Source: Lytechinus pictus (Eukaryota). From it: a stretch of DNA of 64,000 nucleotides. Positions 1 through 40,633 of this stretch are shown here, piece by piece (positions within the stretch are counted from its first letter, which is position 1; the number at the start of each line of letters is the position of its first letter). The notes beneath the pieces were generated by a model, which was given only the letters and a program-made list of their open reading frames with translations, made no database searches and had not been told where the DNA came from. A program made the position numbers and the translations under genes. The DNA is taken from NCBI RefSeq assembly GCF_037042905.1, contig NC_087251.1, positions 24,492,001 through 24,556,000 of the forward strand, given 5' to 3'.

Positions 1-310
1 CCGATGATGTCCACCACTCACTATTTCTTTTGTTTTTTATTGTTTGAATTATACAATATTTCATTTTTTATAGATTTGACAATAAGGACCAACTTGACTG
101 AACCATATAATATTAAACAATGCTAATTCCACATGTTCAGGGAGGAATTAATCGTTGTATCACTTGGCAATGAGGAGAAAATTAGAATATTTCATATTTC
201 ATATAATAAAATACAAAGGAAATAGTGAGTGGATGGCGTCATAGTCTCCTCATTTGCATACCAGCCAGGATGTGCATATAACTGTTTTGTGAAATTAAGC
301 GAAACTTTAA

Positions 311-774
311 CCCTAATTCTCCCGGGGGGGGGGGGGGGGGCCATAATGAATACAAAGAATATTTTAACCAAAAATTAGCATTCTAGGAGCTTTATTTAGT
401 GAATTAGAGCAAAAAGTATGATTTATGCATAAATTAGCACAATTAATTCATATAAAATAAAATCTCATTATTTTGGAAAATTTTACCATACAGCCTTGTA
501 GATTACATCGCACACAACCAGCATGCAAATTTTTGCGTCGCTCGAGCGATCAGCGGCCGAGATCTTAAGGGGGGGCCATAATGGCCCGGGAATGACAAGA
601 ATCAAAATACCGGAATCGCGTACCCGGGCGTCGTAAATTTGGTCTCAAAAGATGCGCGAGACTTAAAAGTATAAACTCTGCGAGTGGCGCGGTCAAAAAA
701 TTTTGCGCGGCGCAATGATCGCAGAAAATGTTGAGGGGGGGGGTTGATTCAACCCCCCCCCGGCCATTTTAGGG
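311..774. mobile_element. piggyBac-like MITE (TTAA TSD, CCCT...AGGG ends)
   Basis: ttaa|ccctaa...ccggggg at 307-330 and ccccccgg...ttaggg|ttaa at 753-778. It sits at a TTAA of the partial repeat at 1-310. Confidence 0.65.
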
Positions 775-783
775 TTAAATCTA

Positions 784-28170
<27,387 letters not shown>

Positions 28171-31032
28171 TCTGAGCAAGCCATGACATTATCCCCTCGT
28201 CACACAGGTTGGTCTGTTCTTCACTGATGGAGGGGGGGGGGGGGAGAGAGAGAACTAAATTCATGTCAATGTTGATCTTCTCGTGAATGAGTAATAAATA
28301 CTTTAGCCTTGACATGTTCAAATATTATTTAAGAATTATGCACAGTATGGATAATTATAAAATAAGAAAATTGATAACTTGTGTATATTTCAAGGTTAAG
28401 CCTGGGCCCTGGTCCAGGTAGAATATAACCCAGAACAGAATGGACTGGTAAGCATGTCAAAAATTTGACCAATTCTGGAATGGCTCAAAGCTCAGTTAAA
28501 AATATAACGTGTGCCATTTAATCACAAGATGAACATTTAACTATTTTTTACAACAGTTTAACAGTACATGTATATAAATCTAGGGCCTAAGGGAGAAAAA
28601 AAACTTCCCATAAGTTGCTGAAATTTCACATTTTACATCTTTATACTCATGGAATGGCCATCTATTTTCTATATGTCCTTACAATTGTTTTGATCTAGTT
28701 GGAAACTACAAAAAAATTTAATAGCAACTTTTGGTGAAGGTTTTTTTTTGTAACATCATAAAACAATCTTTCAGAGTCGAGAAAGAGGTGACTATTCTTC
28801 ATTTTCTCAATAGCTTCCAACTTAAGCAATACAATTTAAAGAAAATATGCAAAATAGATTGCCATTTCATGGATTTAATGATGAAAAATATGAAACATTA
28901 GCAACTTTTGGTGAAGGTCTATTTTTTTGCCCCTGCCGGTTAACCATAAACACTGTTTAATAATTATATAATATTGACTGGCCTTGAGGGGAACATCAAA
29001 CCCTCTATCCATCAGGATGGTCCCATCTAGTCACTACCTATGCACATTGAAACCAATAAACTATTCTTCAAAGAGTAGGGTGTTCATCAGGTGTAATTCA
29101 TTTGTCGGTCCCTGGCAAATAACTAAAAAACGTCAAGTCAATCTTAAATTGCCATTTAATTTGATTCTTTCCGATAACGCCCACATTCTATAAATTCTTC
29201 AACAACAATCAAAATGCTAATTATCATGGCAATTTTCATTTTCTTAATTTCAAAGTCATTAGGTCACTGAATTTTGTATTCAAATTTGCAAGGTTGAAAA
29301 TCTTGTATGGATATATGGAGTTCTCGGGTAAAGATAAAGTTCTAATGAGTAATGTCACATTGTTACCGAAATGAGGCATGCAGCACAACATTTGCCTGGG
29401 GTAGCTCACCCGTTTTTTTGCTGCATGTTCGCATGATTTGGTCGCTAACTTTAGTCCATATCACAATTACTGCGAAGCCATGTCTGAGAATTTGAACGAT
29501 ATTGTCGAGATCGAAGCTGAAATAAAGCCTTCCGGATCACGATATTTGGAAAAGCAGTGGGCAGATTGTTTATTGACCTCGAAATGTGACTGAGACTTGC
29601 CATGACATTTGTAAACAATTTCTGATGGGAAATTTGCTTTAAGTCGGCCGGTTTTAAACTGCATTAGCACTAAAGCTGTGTTGGTAGGACAGGATTCTAC
29701 AATGCTGTTGTTTGAACCTTGCAAAGATTCTCGGAACGTTGGGCCTATCGTCTGGTAGGGGATCGTATTACCGAACACTTTTCATGAATTTAATCATATC
29801 AAACATATCATTCTCATAAAATTCACCAAACTTTCACTATAAATACACAAATACCTATAAAATATAAATATGTAAACATTTTGCCGATATCGTTTTTCTT
29901 TTTTTTACAATATCAGCTTCAATCGGAACCTTCTTCGCATGTGAAATATTTTGGACACTTGAAGGAAGGTATCGTATTACCGAACGTGTGTTTTCTATGG
30001 GAAAAGTTGAGAAAACAACAAAATCACTGATGAGCAATTTTGAACATATTTTATTATTTTGAAAATATAAAGCATTTGAACATGTGTTTTTGACCATTTT
30101 TCATCAGCTTTCTGTTCAAGTTCCCTTTGGAAATGCCTATTACGATCTCTGGATCGACCATGCATTGTCAACATGTTAAAGACGATCTACAAAAAGCCAC
30201 ACAAAAAACAGGTAATCCTGGGTTTTAGGGGACTAAATTATTTGGACGCAAAAGTGGTCGCTAACTTTGCTCAACTCATCCCAGCTTTCACACTGTAAAA
30301 CAGGGAAAAAAATACTTTTGTTTTACAGGAGCCATTTTTCTCACTGGTCACAAATTTATGGGAGCCATTTTTCAATTTCCAAGAGCCATTTTTTAATTTG
30401 CTAGAGCCATTTTTTAAATAAAAAAGGAAACATCATTTGTAATTATTATCATTTTAGACATGTTAAATTTGAAGTATTGTTTGTTGTATTTTAATGTGCC
30501 ATCAGTACTATTTCTTTATATCTTTTACCAACAAAAGTAATGATTGCAATAATGCCATTTGATTTAATGTGCCATCTCTACTATTTTTTTTACTAATAAA
30601 AGTAATGAATGATTTACTTAGATATGTATTGCCATTTGTCTTTATTCAGTGCTATTGTAGAAAAATCTGATTATCAAATTTTTAATGTGGCTGTGTGAGT
30701 GATCCTGAAACTTTGAAAGAAGAGATAGAGAGGTTACTATACAACTGTAAAATAATACATGAAAGGCTGGTATCCAATATGTTTTGTACAGTATCCAATA
30801 GAATAGAGTACACTTCTCATGGATTTTGATTAGTAAATAAGCATAATTTTGTGTGCAGTTTCCTTAGGAACAAATGCTTCATGCTCATAATAAATGAGGA
30901 ACGTGGTATGCCTCATAGCTGAATGCTTTTTCATGTGACTAGAGCCTGAAATGAACTGATCACCAAAGCTCACAACTACCTCTTTCCGATGGGGATCGGA
31001 GCGAGCAGCATACGCACGACAGGCCTGGCAGA

Positions 31033-31520
31033 AGACCAAAAGCTTCAGTCTCTGTATTTTGGTTGTTCCGCTGAACTGCGTTGGCTCACTCACCAATACA
31101 TAGACTGAAGACCTTGGAGGCCCGTACGTACAGATTAGCAGTATTAGCAGTAATATTAGCAGTAACGTTAGATCTAATATTCGGAAACCCGATTTTCCGA
31201 TCGTTTTTTTTACATAAAATGTCACATTTTGAAAAAGAAATTACATCCATATTTACGAAAAAATGTATAAAATTCAGAAGTTTCGTACCTTAGATCGCAG
31301 TTACCGCTAATTCCTTTCAAATGATATCGAAACATCGTCATCTTCAATCCTTTCGTTGGTCAACGTAAGTTGCCATCTTGGATGACGTCATCATCCTTAC
31401 AGACGTATTTACCAGTCGCTATATATCGCGATTTGTGCCGCTGCTTTGCGCTTGTAATCTACGTACGTGCGTTCGGAACTTGTCGCTCGCATTGATTCGC
31501 CAGGATATCAAAAATTCTAA
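31033..31520. mobile_element. Hairpin-terminated element, subtype Y (paralogue of 32611-33070)
   Basis: Begins agaccaaaagcttcagtctctgtattttgg...; shares cgtacctt, gttgccatcttg, gacgtca and atcctta motifs in the same order with 32611-33070. Right end uncertain. Confidence 0.6.
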
Positions 31521-31604
31521 TCGGAAAGCCTTGATAAAAGCACACCTCATTGAACGTAGAGGGCAGCAACACACAGCTGCCATTTTTTCATCTACCGTAC
31601 TTAC

Positions 31605-31700
31605 CGTACTAGTGCGCTCGCTGAGTTTTGTGAATGTGAATGGTACATTACGTGCACGTTATAACCTACGCACGAAGGGAAGACAGCGGACGTATGGCTG
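31605..31700 (-). promoter_or_regulatory. Probable non-coding first exon / CpG-rich promoter of INO80
   Basis: Strong minus-strand donor ACG|GTAAGT at 31605/31604 and a pyrimidine-rich candidate start (ctgtcttcccttc), inside a CpG-rich zone at ~31.0-32.3 kb. It would splice to the acceptor at 28223 upstream of the ATG. TSS position is approximate. Confidence 0.5.
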
Positions 31701-32176
31701 AGCTAGTTACTGTACACAAGATCACGGGAGTGATTTTTTTTTCCCGATCGCTCTCTATTGGGTTTGCAAGTGCGATTTTCAAAGCTTACGAGAGCAAAAT
31801 CGCTCAGCGCTCCCATGTATTTTTTTCGCTGCTGTAAAATAATTGATAAACAGCCCTCCCCCATTCCCGCAGGTGCTGCCACCCCACCCCTTCCCTTCCT
31901 GATCTAATTTTGGTGAAGTTTGCGGTCACTGCCAAATCGTGGTTTCGGGAACTACTCGTCGATTTGTGTGCATGCACTTGTGTACAAAGTGAATAGAGGT
32001 GGAAATAGGGAACTGTGCATGTGACATAGCGTAGTACTGCTGTACAAAGTGAACGGTGGTTCCCAATTTCACGATAATGCCGCGGTCACTTATGATGCCT
32101 GGGTGCAAAATTTACCAGCCCCAAGATTACCCAATGGCAAAATCATACCACGTTTGGATCATGGCATGCATGGACA

Positions 32177-32575
32177 TAGACAGCTGGCAGCAGTCCGTTT
32201 CGAGGAGTTTTTTAACATTTTTATTTTATTTTTATTTCTCCTCGTACACAGACGGCTCGCGATCGTGCAGCCGCTATTAAGGGGTTAACAATGCAAAATC
32301 CCCCAGACGGGGCTCATCGATTTTTGTCTTTATTTCATAGAAATATATAAAAAGAACTGGACCAAAATAAACTTAAAAGGGAAAAAAACAGTGACTTACT
32401 TCGACTGTCGTGCAACTTAACTTCCCTGTTTTATCCGAACTTAATACATTTGAACATATGGCCATTGAGTCCCTGTACAGGTCGAGCTACAACTTCGGTC
32501 TCTGTATTTTGGTGAGTGGAGCCAATGGAGTTCAGTGGAACAACCAACATAACAGAGACTGAAGCTTTTGGTCTA
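32177..32575. mobile_element. Hairpin-terminated element, subtype X (paralogue of 62820-63270)
   Basis: tagacagctggcagc ... gaagcttttggtcta; colinear with 62820-63270; 5-bp terminal inverted TAGAC/GTCTA. Confidence 0.75.
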
Positions 32576-32610
32576 CCGTAACGGCGGCTGCACAATAGCA
32601 AGCCGTCTGT

Positions 32611-33070
32611 TAGACCAAAAGCTTCAGTCTCTGTATTTTGGTTGTTCCGCTGAACTACGTTGGCTCCACTCACCAATACAAAGACTGAAGAGTTGTTGGC
32701 CCGTACCTATAGACAACGTATAAGTGAACTAACGTTTTATAGGTCGCGATTTAAAACTGTTTTTAAACGAAATTTACAGTTTCATGGTTTCCATTATCAG
32801 GGAAATATGAATAACTTAAGTAATTGCGTACCTTGGACCGGAGTTATTGGAAAAAAATCCTATGGATGATTGAGAAATCTTTCATCTAAGACATTTTCAC
32901 CTAAGCTGACAGTTTTTCTTGCATGTTGCCATCTTGAAGGACGTCATTATCCTTATTAACTTTTCAATGTCTCGATATATCGAATGTCATCTGCTACCTG
33001 TGATCGTAGCGGTTTAGCTCGCATACTCGCATATATGGAGCAGATCGTATAATATCGAAATTCGAAAGTA
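32611..33070. mobile_element. Hairpin-terminated element, subtype Y
   Basis: Starts tagaccaaaagcttcagtctctg; motif order shared with 31033-31520. Right end uncertain. Confidence 0.6.
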
Positions 33071-34690
33071 ATATCGATATCACATTCGTAAATTGTTGAC
33101 GCCCTCTCCGTTCTCCGGCTGGCATGTGCGAGGAATATTTTGTATCCCTGGCCTTAGGCCTTAAAATCGCCCTTCATGGTGTTTATGGCTTAGGTCTGCT
33201 CCTGAGTCCTGGGTCTCCTCAAATTTGCACCCCTAAATAGCGTAATTTTCATGACCAAATTAGCAACCCTAAATGGCGTGAAGAGAGAAAAAAGGCTACC
33301 CTAAGGTGATTTACCAGCGAACGGTGCTGAAATGCAACCCTTTTTGCCAAAGACATCGACGCTGCCCGAGTATGGGACCCTTTTCGACGCTTTTTCTGGA
33401 CGCGGGTGCGTAGCAGGCCATGTGGAGAGTAACCCCCCCCCCCGGGTATATTTTTGTTCCTGAAATCAAGAATATGCCGCGCAATTAATTGCAAACTTGC
33501 GATTGATTGCTAATACTTAATACTGCCAGTGCTAATCTGCTCCAAGAGTCCAAGACCAAGTCCAAGAAACAAGGACTCAAGAGTGTAATTTGATTTGCTT
33601 CAGTTAAAAGTGATCAATCAATTGTAAAATTGCAACAGAATATTTGCGATTGATTGCAAATATTTTCTTGCAACACCCCCCTAACTAAGATTTCAAGTTC
33701 AACGTCATGACATGACAATTGTTACTCTACATGCAACATTGGCATGTTTATGTTAGGTCTACCGCCGGTAATAAAGTAACGTTAATTTCTTGATGAAATT
33801 GAAAATAAAATTGACGAACTTACCCATTCACACTCAAGTCAAAAGAACCGCGAATCAGGGGGAAGGTAAAATGCTTGTTAATTCAAAATGATCAAGAAGG
33901 AAGCACCGCAACTGGTAAGGCGGATCACTAAACATTCACTTTCAGAACCTCACAGGCCACGAGTTCAAACTTCAGTCCAAGCTAGCTGCAAGAGAGTCGA
34001 CTTGAATGCTCAGGCCTCACACACCATGCACGATGCATGCATGGCTTCGGATGCTCCGCCATAGGCCGTGGGGCTCGCAGAGCTTCGAGTTGAGCCTAGC
34101 TAGCTACATAAGAATGGGCATCCATACTCGCTCGAGATCGATCTCTCGGTAATTTCCGTCAGCCATTCGGGTCGTCGGGCAGAGGCAAAGTAGAGTGGCC
34201 TTTCTGCGACAAAAAAAAAAAACTTCCCGGCCTGAAGAAGGTCACACACCCCGGGGTCACACACCGTTATACTGCAATCATTATCCTGGATTTATTAATT
34301 ATTTTTTAACGGGTAGGATATGAGCAGCAAAAAAGAAAAGGGTCAAAATTTAACTCCTCCAGAAATTGACTAGAAAAAAATCCAAGTCTGAAAACGGCCA
34401 ACATTTTCTTTTTTTTACAAGGGGGCCAGGGGTGCTCCTTTAAAATACCAAATAGGTACCCCCACCCCCTTTCTCTATACAGTGCATCCCAGAAGAAAAA
34501 AACACGAAACCGTAATTTAGTGTAATTTTAGGTTGTCATGATCATAAATTTACTTCATGAGATGTACATAAATGAAAAGATATGATTCTCTTCTTTCTAT
34601 GTCAACATTCTTATAACGCTCGCGACCGATTGAAACAAGAACGTGATGGCTCACCGGCAAAGTCATGCTGTTACAAAGTTCGTAACTTAA

Positions 34691-37230
34691 AGGTCAAGTC
34701 CATCCCAGTAAAATGTTGATTTGAATAAATAAAGAAAAATAAAACTATAGCGTGCTGAAAATCCCAGTAAAATGTTGATTTGAATAAATAAAGAAAAATC
34801 AAACTAGCATGCTGAAAATTTCATCAAAATCGGATATAAAATAAGAAAGTTATGACATTTTAAAGATTCGCTTATAGTTTCACAAAACAGTGATATGCAC
34901 AATTTAGTGACATGCAATTGAAACAGTCGATGATGTCCTTCACTCACTATTTCTTTTGTTTTTTTATTGTTTGAAGTATACCGTACAATATATCATTTTT
35001 TTACAGATTTGACAATAAGGACCAATTAACTTGAATGAACCATAATTATAGACAATGCTAATTCTACATGTTCATCAGGGAGGAATTAATCTTTGTTTCA
35101 CTTGACAATGAGGAGAAAAGTAGAATATTGCATATTTAATCAAACAAAATACAAAATAAATAGTGAGTGGATGACTTCGTCAGTCTCCTCATTTACAAAC
35201 CGACCAGGATGTCCATGACTAAATTGTGAAATTAAAGGGGAATCCAACCCAAATAAAAACTTGTTTTTACAAGAAAGAGAAAAATCAGACAAGTTGATAG
35301 GTGAAAGTTTGAACAATATTGGACAAACAACAAGAAAGTTATGAATTTTTAAAAGTTGTAAATATTGGTAATCACTATACCCATGGAGACTTCAAATTGG
35401 CCGCATATGGGATGTCATAGTGATGTAAGGCAAGGACTACTCTTCTATGTACTCCAATGCATAAAATTTAATTTTTCCCAAAAGTTTTATTTCAAATTAT
35501 ATTTTTCTTTCATGAGGACATAAAACAATATACTACCTGGGTTATATTTAGATTACTGCCCCAGGGGAATGGGTACGTAGGAGAAAACCACAAATCCCTG
35601 ATAATAAAGTACATGGCCTATGGGAAAGTTGTCCTTGCCCCTTGTCATAATTTACTTACCCAGTTGCCAATTTGAAATCTACATACTATTAGTGATCTCA
35701 ATTTTAAAGCAGCTATAACTTTCTTATTGCTTGTCCGATTTCTTTCAAACTTTCACCATTCTGTTTAATTTATTTTTCTCCTTCCCAACACAACATTTTA
35801 TGGCCAAGACTGGATTCCCCTTAAAGGAGAATGAAACCCTTGAACCCAGCTGAATCGATATCAAAGAGAAAAATCAAAGAAACATATTGTTGAAAGTTTG
35901 AGGAAGATTGAATGAATAATAAGAAAGTTATGAGCATTTGAATATTGAGATCACTAATGCCATGTAGTTCCTCCCATTGGCAATGCGACCAAGATCTGTG
36001 ATGTCACACACGTACAACTCCCTCATTACTTTAGTACTTATTTCCTTTATATTCTCACTTTTATAGAGTCTATCACAAGGTGAGGTGTTCTCTTTATGAG
36101 AGGACAAGTACAGAGGTTTCACAACATTATATCATTGATGAATCGATTGTCATATGATTAGAATGAGCAAAAAGAAATGTTTTGGGGTATATTTTGCAAA
36201 AAGTACAAAATATACATTTAAATAAGATACAAAAACTTCAAAATAAATATGCCAGAATGCTTTTGAAAAAAAGATTATAATACATCACAAATTTCTTTGT
36301 TGCAGTCACTGAAGTGGCAATCAGTAGATCAGCGTATAAAATATCAGTATTGTGTTCTTGTATATAAAATAATGAATGATTTAGTTCCAAATTATTTAAA
36401 ACCTTTAGTATGTAAACGGCCCGTGAAATACAGGACACGGTTTTCTTTACGATGCCCCCTTCAGCTTCCCAAAGCTAGAATTGAACATAAAAGAAAATCT
36501 TTCGCATATGTCGGACCCAAATTATTTAATGCACTTCCTTCAAATTTACAAGTTTGTACCTCCTTGTTAGTTTTAAAAAAATTATGCAAAGCCTTTCATA
36601 CGAATTGATAAAGAGCGAAATGATATTCCATTGATTTACAATGCTATGTATGTTTAAATTGTCACTTCCCACTCTATATTTTGGTGTTAATTGTTTCTGA
36701 TGTTAGATATTTTTTATTTTGTATTTTTGATGTTGTTTGTTGTTGTTGTTGTTGTTCATGGTTATCTTGACATGTATTTTAAACTGCAGGGCGCCTTTGT
36801 AAAGCAGTTTTAAGAACTGAACAGGCCTACCCTGCAGTATAAAATAAATAAAACAAAATAAATAAATAAATAAATAAATATTTTCAGTGTCCAAAAGGGG
36901 AGAGTTGTTCATCTGTGACATCATACATCTTGGCCGCATTGCCAATGGGAGGATCTCCATAGCATTAGTGATCTCGACATTCAAATGCTCATAACTCTTC
37001 TATTGCTTTAGTCCTATTTTACTCAAACTTTTGTTGATCTTATTCTTTGATTTTTCTGCTTTCACAAAAGCTAACTTGCTCCAAGAGTTTCATTCTCCTT
37101 TAAGCAAAACTTTCAAATGTCAATAACTTTCTTATTTTACATTCCTTTTTGATGAAATTTTCAGTGTTATGCTTGTTGTATATTACTCTTTTTATTCAAA
37201 TCAACTTTTTGTTGGGATGGACTTGTCCTT
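34691..37230. mobile_element. Nested stack of TTAA-flanked (Kolobok-like) MITEs
   Basis: The outer aggtcaagtcca...tggacttgtcct element is split at an internal TTAA by two adjacent elements: 35236-35820 (ggggaatcca/tggattcccc) and 35825-37099 (aggagaatgaaac/gtttcattctcct). Confidence 0.8.
36196..36880 (+). mobile_element. 5'-truncated LINE (CR1/L2-group-like) 3' end
   Basis: ORF 36297-36608 LKWQSVDQRIKYQYCVLVYKIMNDLVPNYL...KSFAYVGPKLFNALP resembles the C-terminus of CR1/L2-group ORF2; (AAAT)n tail; atattt on both flanks. Confidence 0.8.
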
Positions 37231-37387
37231 TTAATATTGATATTTTCTTCTTTCATTTAATGAGATCTTAAATAAAATGACGCGTGTTGCATGTTATTCT
37301 CAAATATTTCCCAATTCATTGAGACTTCATCGTATACATGCATTTGAAGCAACCTTATATGCAGTGAAGTGATTTCAACCCGTCAGC

Positions 37388-37600
37388 ACTAGCGTACCTA
37401 CGGGGGGGGGGGGCAGATTGCCCCCCTGACGAGTCTTGAAGACCTTTTTTTTTTTTTTTTTTTTTTGCTTGTCAAATTTTTTGTCTGGTACGAAATCCTT
37501 TATTTGTGGTTGAAGACCTTTTTTTTTTTTTGCTTGTCAATTTTTTTTGGCGGACGAATTTGCCCCGGCCCCCCTGTGGAAAATTCTAGGTACGCAACTG
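37388..37600. mobile_element. Short MITE (hAT-like ends)
   Basis: cactagcgtaccta ... taggtacgcaactg; internal duplicated gaagacc(T)n gcttgtcaa. Confidence 0.55.
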
Positions 37601-37690
37601 CCCGTCAGTAAGTGAAAGGGGTCAAAGTAGATGAATATAATTTTTTTCTTCTGATTTCTCCTCTTTTTTTGTGTGATGATGTTTGTTTAG

Positions 37691-37935
37691 AGGTGTTGTG
37701 GCCCAGTGGATAAGTCTCCGGGCTTTGAACCACACGGTATCGGGTTCAAATCCCACCACGGCACTCGAGTCCTTTGGCAAGGTGTTTATCTACATTTGCC
37801 ACTCTGCACCCAGGTGTAGTAAATGGGTAACCAGTAGAAGGATATCGCTTGAATGCTCGAGGTCCGACCAGGGTATAGCTGTGTTATGAAGCCGGGGTAA
37901 TAGTATGCTGCACTTAGAAACAATTGTATTAAGCA
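37691..37935 (+). mobile_element. tRNA-derived SINE
   Basis: gtggcccagtggataag (A box), gggttcaaatccc (B box), body with cacccaggtgtagtaaatgggt shared with 55581-55845. Confidence 0.7.
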
Positions 37936-38339
37936 TACCATAACATTTTATGGTTCATTCAAGTTGGACCTTGTTGTCTCTGTAAAAATTGAAATATTGT
38001 ATAATTCAAACAATAAAAAAAATAATAGTGAGTGAGGGACATCATCGATTCTCTCATTTGCATGTGGCTAAATTGTGCATCTAACTATTTTGTGAAATAT
38101 AAGCGGAAATTTAAATATTATAACTTTTTTCTTATTATACATCCGATTTCGATGAAATTTTTAGCATAATGCTTGTCTGATTTTTCACTTATTGATTCAA
38201 ATCAACATTATTCTTAGGTGGAATTGACCTTTAATTGTATATATTGAATCTAGTCTCACTACTTCAGACTCTGCATTATGCGAATTGCGAAAATCAAGGG
38301 TCTGTGCCTGCAGACTAGTACTAGTCGTATTTTGTACAT

Positions 38340-38473
38340 TACGCATGCGCAATTCAACCATGAAAAAAATAAAGCGTGCGTTCTCTTTTCCGCCATTTTG
38401 TGACGAGCCTGGACGGAGCTGTGGGCCAGTTGTGTTGGGAGAGGTTTTTTCTTCGTGTTTTGTTTCAGAAGTC
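38340..38473 (+). promoter_or_regulatory. Promoter and non-coding exon 1 of the SR-protein gene
   Basis: NRF1-like ACGCATGCGC (38341), pyrimidine tract ttctcttttc (38381), YY1 motif CCGCCATTTT (38390), donor GTC|GTAAGT at 38473. The next exon acceptor is at 40630, 3 nt before the ATG. Confidence 0.7.
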
Positions 38474-40633
38474 GTAAGTTTTGATGGCTAATATTCCTTT
38501 CATATCATGTACTTTTAATTCAAGATTTTTTTAATTCTTTGATTCAACTTTTTAGGAGTAAAAATGTGTGAAAGAGAAAGGTTTTTTAAAATCTTTTTTT
38601 TTTATGAGTCTGAGAATTGAGTATTTGAGATGGAGTATGGCATATGCACGTGCCAGTGCAGTGCATATGTGGTGGCGTCGTGAGGTCACATCTATCGCAT
38701 CGAGTTGTGCGTGTGGAATGATTGGCCACTTGGCATCGAAATTTGGGCAAGACTTCCATATGTCCCCTCCACTGAAATTGAAAAAAAAATATGGAGGTTT
38801 ATGAAGAATTATCTAACATATATCTAAGAGATTTAAGAAGGAAAAGTTGGATACATACCGTGGCTTTATTGAATATTCTGTCCAAATTTCGAGTGTGTGT
38901 AATTCCCAATGTAGTAATGGCATCGTTTTATTTAGTCAGAAAAATAAATACTCTTGGGGAGTAGACTAGTTGTAATATCGGTTGATAACCGTTATGAAAC
39001 CCATGGCTTTCAACAATTTCTGCTAGCTCAATGAGTAGTAAGGCGACAGACTGGAGTCTGATGCTCGTTCTGCAGCGAGAGGTTCGAATCCAAGTTCCAA
39101 CTGAAACTGAAAGTGGAAGATGAAGAAAAAATGAAGAAAATAAGAATGAAAGAAGGGGGTTTTGGAGAAGTATTTTTTTTTTAGTGGAGGGGACATAAGG
39201 AAGTCTTTCCAAAATTTGGATTGTGCTATACGAGGCCGAGGCCTATTTGACTTTGTGCATGCCATTCACAACCATTAAAGTCTAGATAACTTGGTTAAAG
39301 TGATTGGTTAACATTGGTTTGACTTTTAAAAATCTGAGCTAGAAGGTCACACTTGTCACCTGTGTCTGTGATATGTTATAAAAATGAAGCCCAGAAAAAA
39401 TTTCGTTCGAAAATAATTATTTAGTGCTTCAAAAATTGAAATATAAAGTGACTGAAAACACCATCTATCTTAATTTCTTCCCATACACTTATGTGTACTA
39501 TTTAGGCGTCTGTAAGACGCCTTTTTACAAAATCGGGGTTTGCCTTGTAGTTTTAGCATTCTCAATAATGGTTGTTTTCAGGGTTTATTAGTTCTAATAC
39601 ATGCACTTGTACACTTGTTTCATCTTGGTTTGAGAATTTTTTAAATCGGCTGCTCACAAAGTTAAACAATACCTTTAACTCACTTAGAGTAAAGTGTCCA
39701 AATATCGGAAACTTTATAAGGTTAAGCATAATTGGACCAAAACAAAAATACAATCATTGAATGGTATAAAAATCATGTTTATTTCTATCCTTGAGGACTC
39801 CCTGATGATATTTTTAAATATTATGACATATACTTCATCACGGAGCCTTGAAACTCTTCCCGTAGACGCATAAGCGAGACCTACAAACCCGGATGGATTT
39901 CCCTAGGAAATCCATATTTAGACGGTGAAATTGGTTTGTATGTATTTATTTTATTTATCTATGAACCTTCATATATGCCTAATGCATATGAAGGGATAAG
40001 AATTATTTCACTATGAATGTGAAATATGAGGTATCTTACCAGACCGATCCGTTTGTCAACAAAGCAAATACAATAGGCTTGACCCTTGAACCGCTTCGTT
40101 ATGACGTACCTTTGATTAGCGATGTTACAAAATGCTGTTTTGAAGAACAATTTATAGATAAACATTATTTAACAAATAATAAAATTTAATACTTCATTAC
40201 AAATTATTATTATTATAAGTATAATTCATTTTTACTTGTACCATAAGCATTAACCCAGAGGCTGGGGTACCAATGGGGTACCAAAAACACCCCAAATAAA
40301 AAAAAGAAATCATTCACCCACCTCAATTCTACTGATGTTTGTCTAACTGACTGTAGGCTCCTAACATTGAAGCAGTAGGTAGACCTTGGGGAAAAAATGC
40401 ACTGGCATCCGTTTCCTCCCTTTCAAAATGCTCACGAAATGGCCAACCAATACAGATGCGCGAATTCTTAGCGTTCGAAAGATCTGCAGCAGCTTACCCA
40501 TTTGTTCACATAATTTTAGTTTTTAACTTCAGTCTATATAAAGATTCGTAATTTTGATTTCGTTAAAGACTGAAGTTAAGGACTAAAATTAATTAACTAA
40601 TTTATCTGTCTCACATTAATTCCTTTCTAGATA

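Noticed and set aside
36297..36608. 103-aa ORF as a host gene
   Set aside because: It resembles a LINE ORF2 C-terminus with a simple-repeat tail, inside a MITE.
37691..37770. tRNA-like sequence (also ~55581 and ~20830)
   Set aside because: A and B boxes are present but the cloverleaf is imperfect and a SINE body follows; called SINEs rather than tRNA genes.
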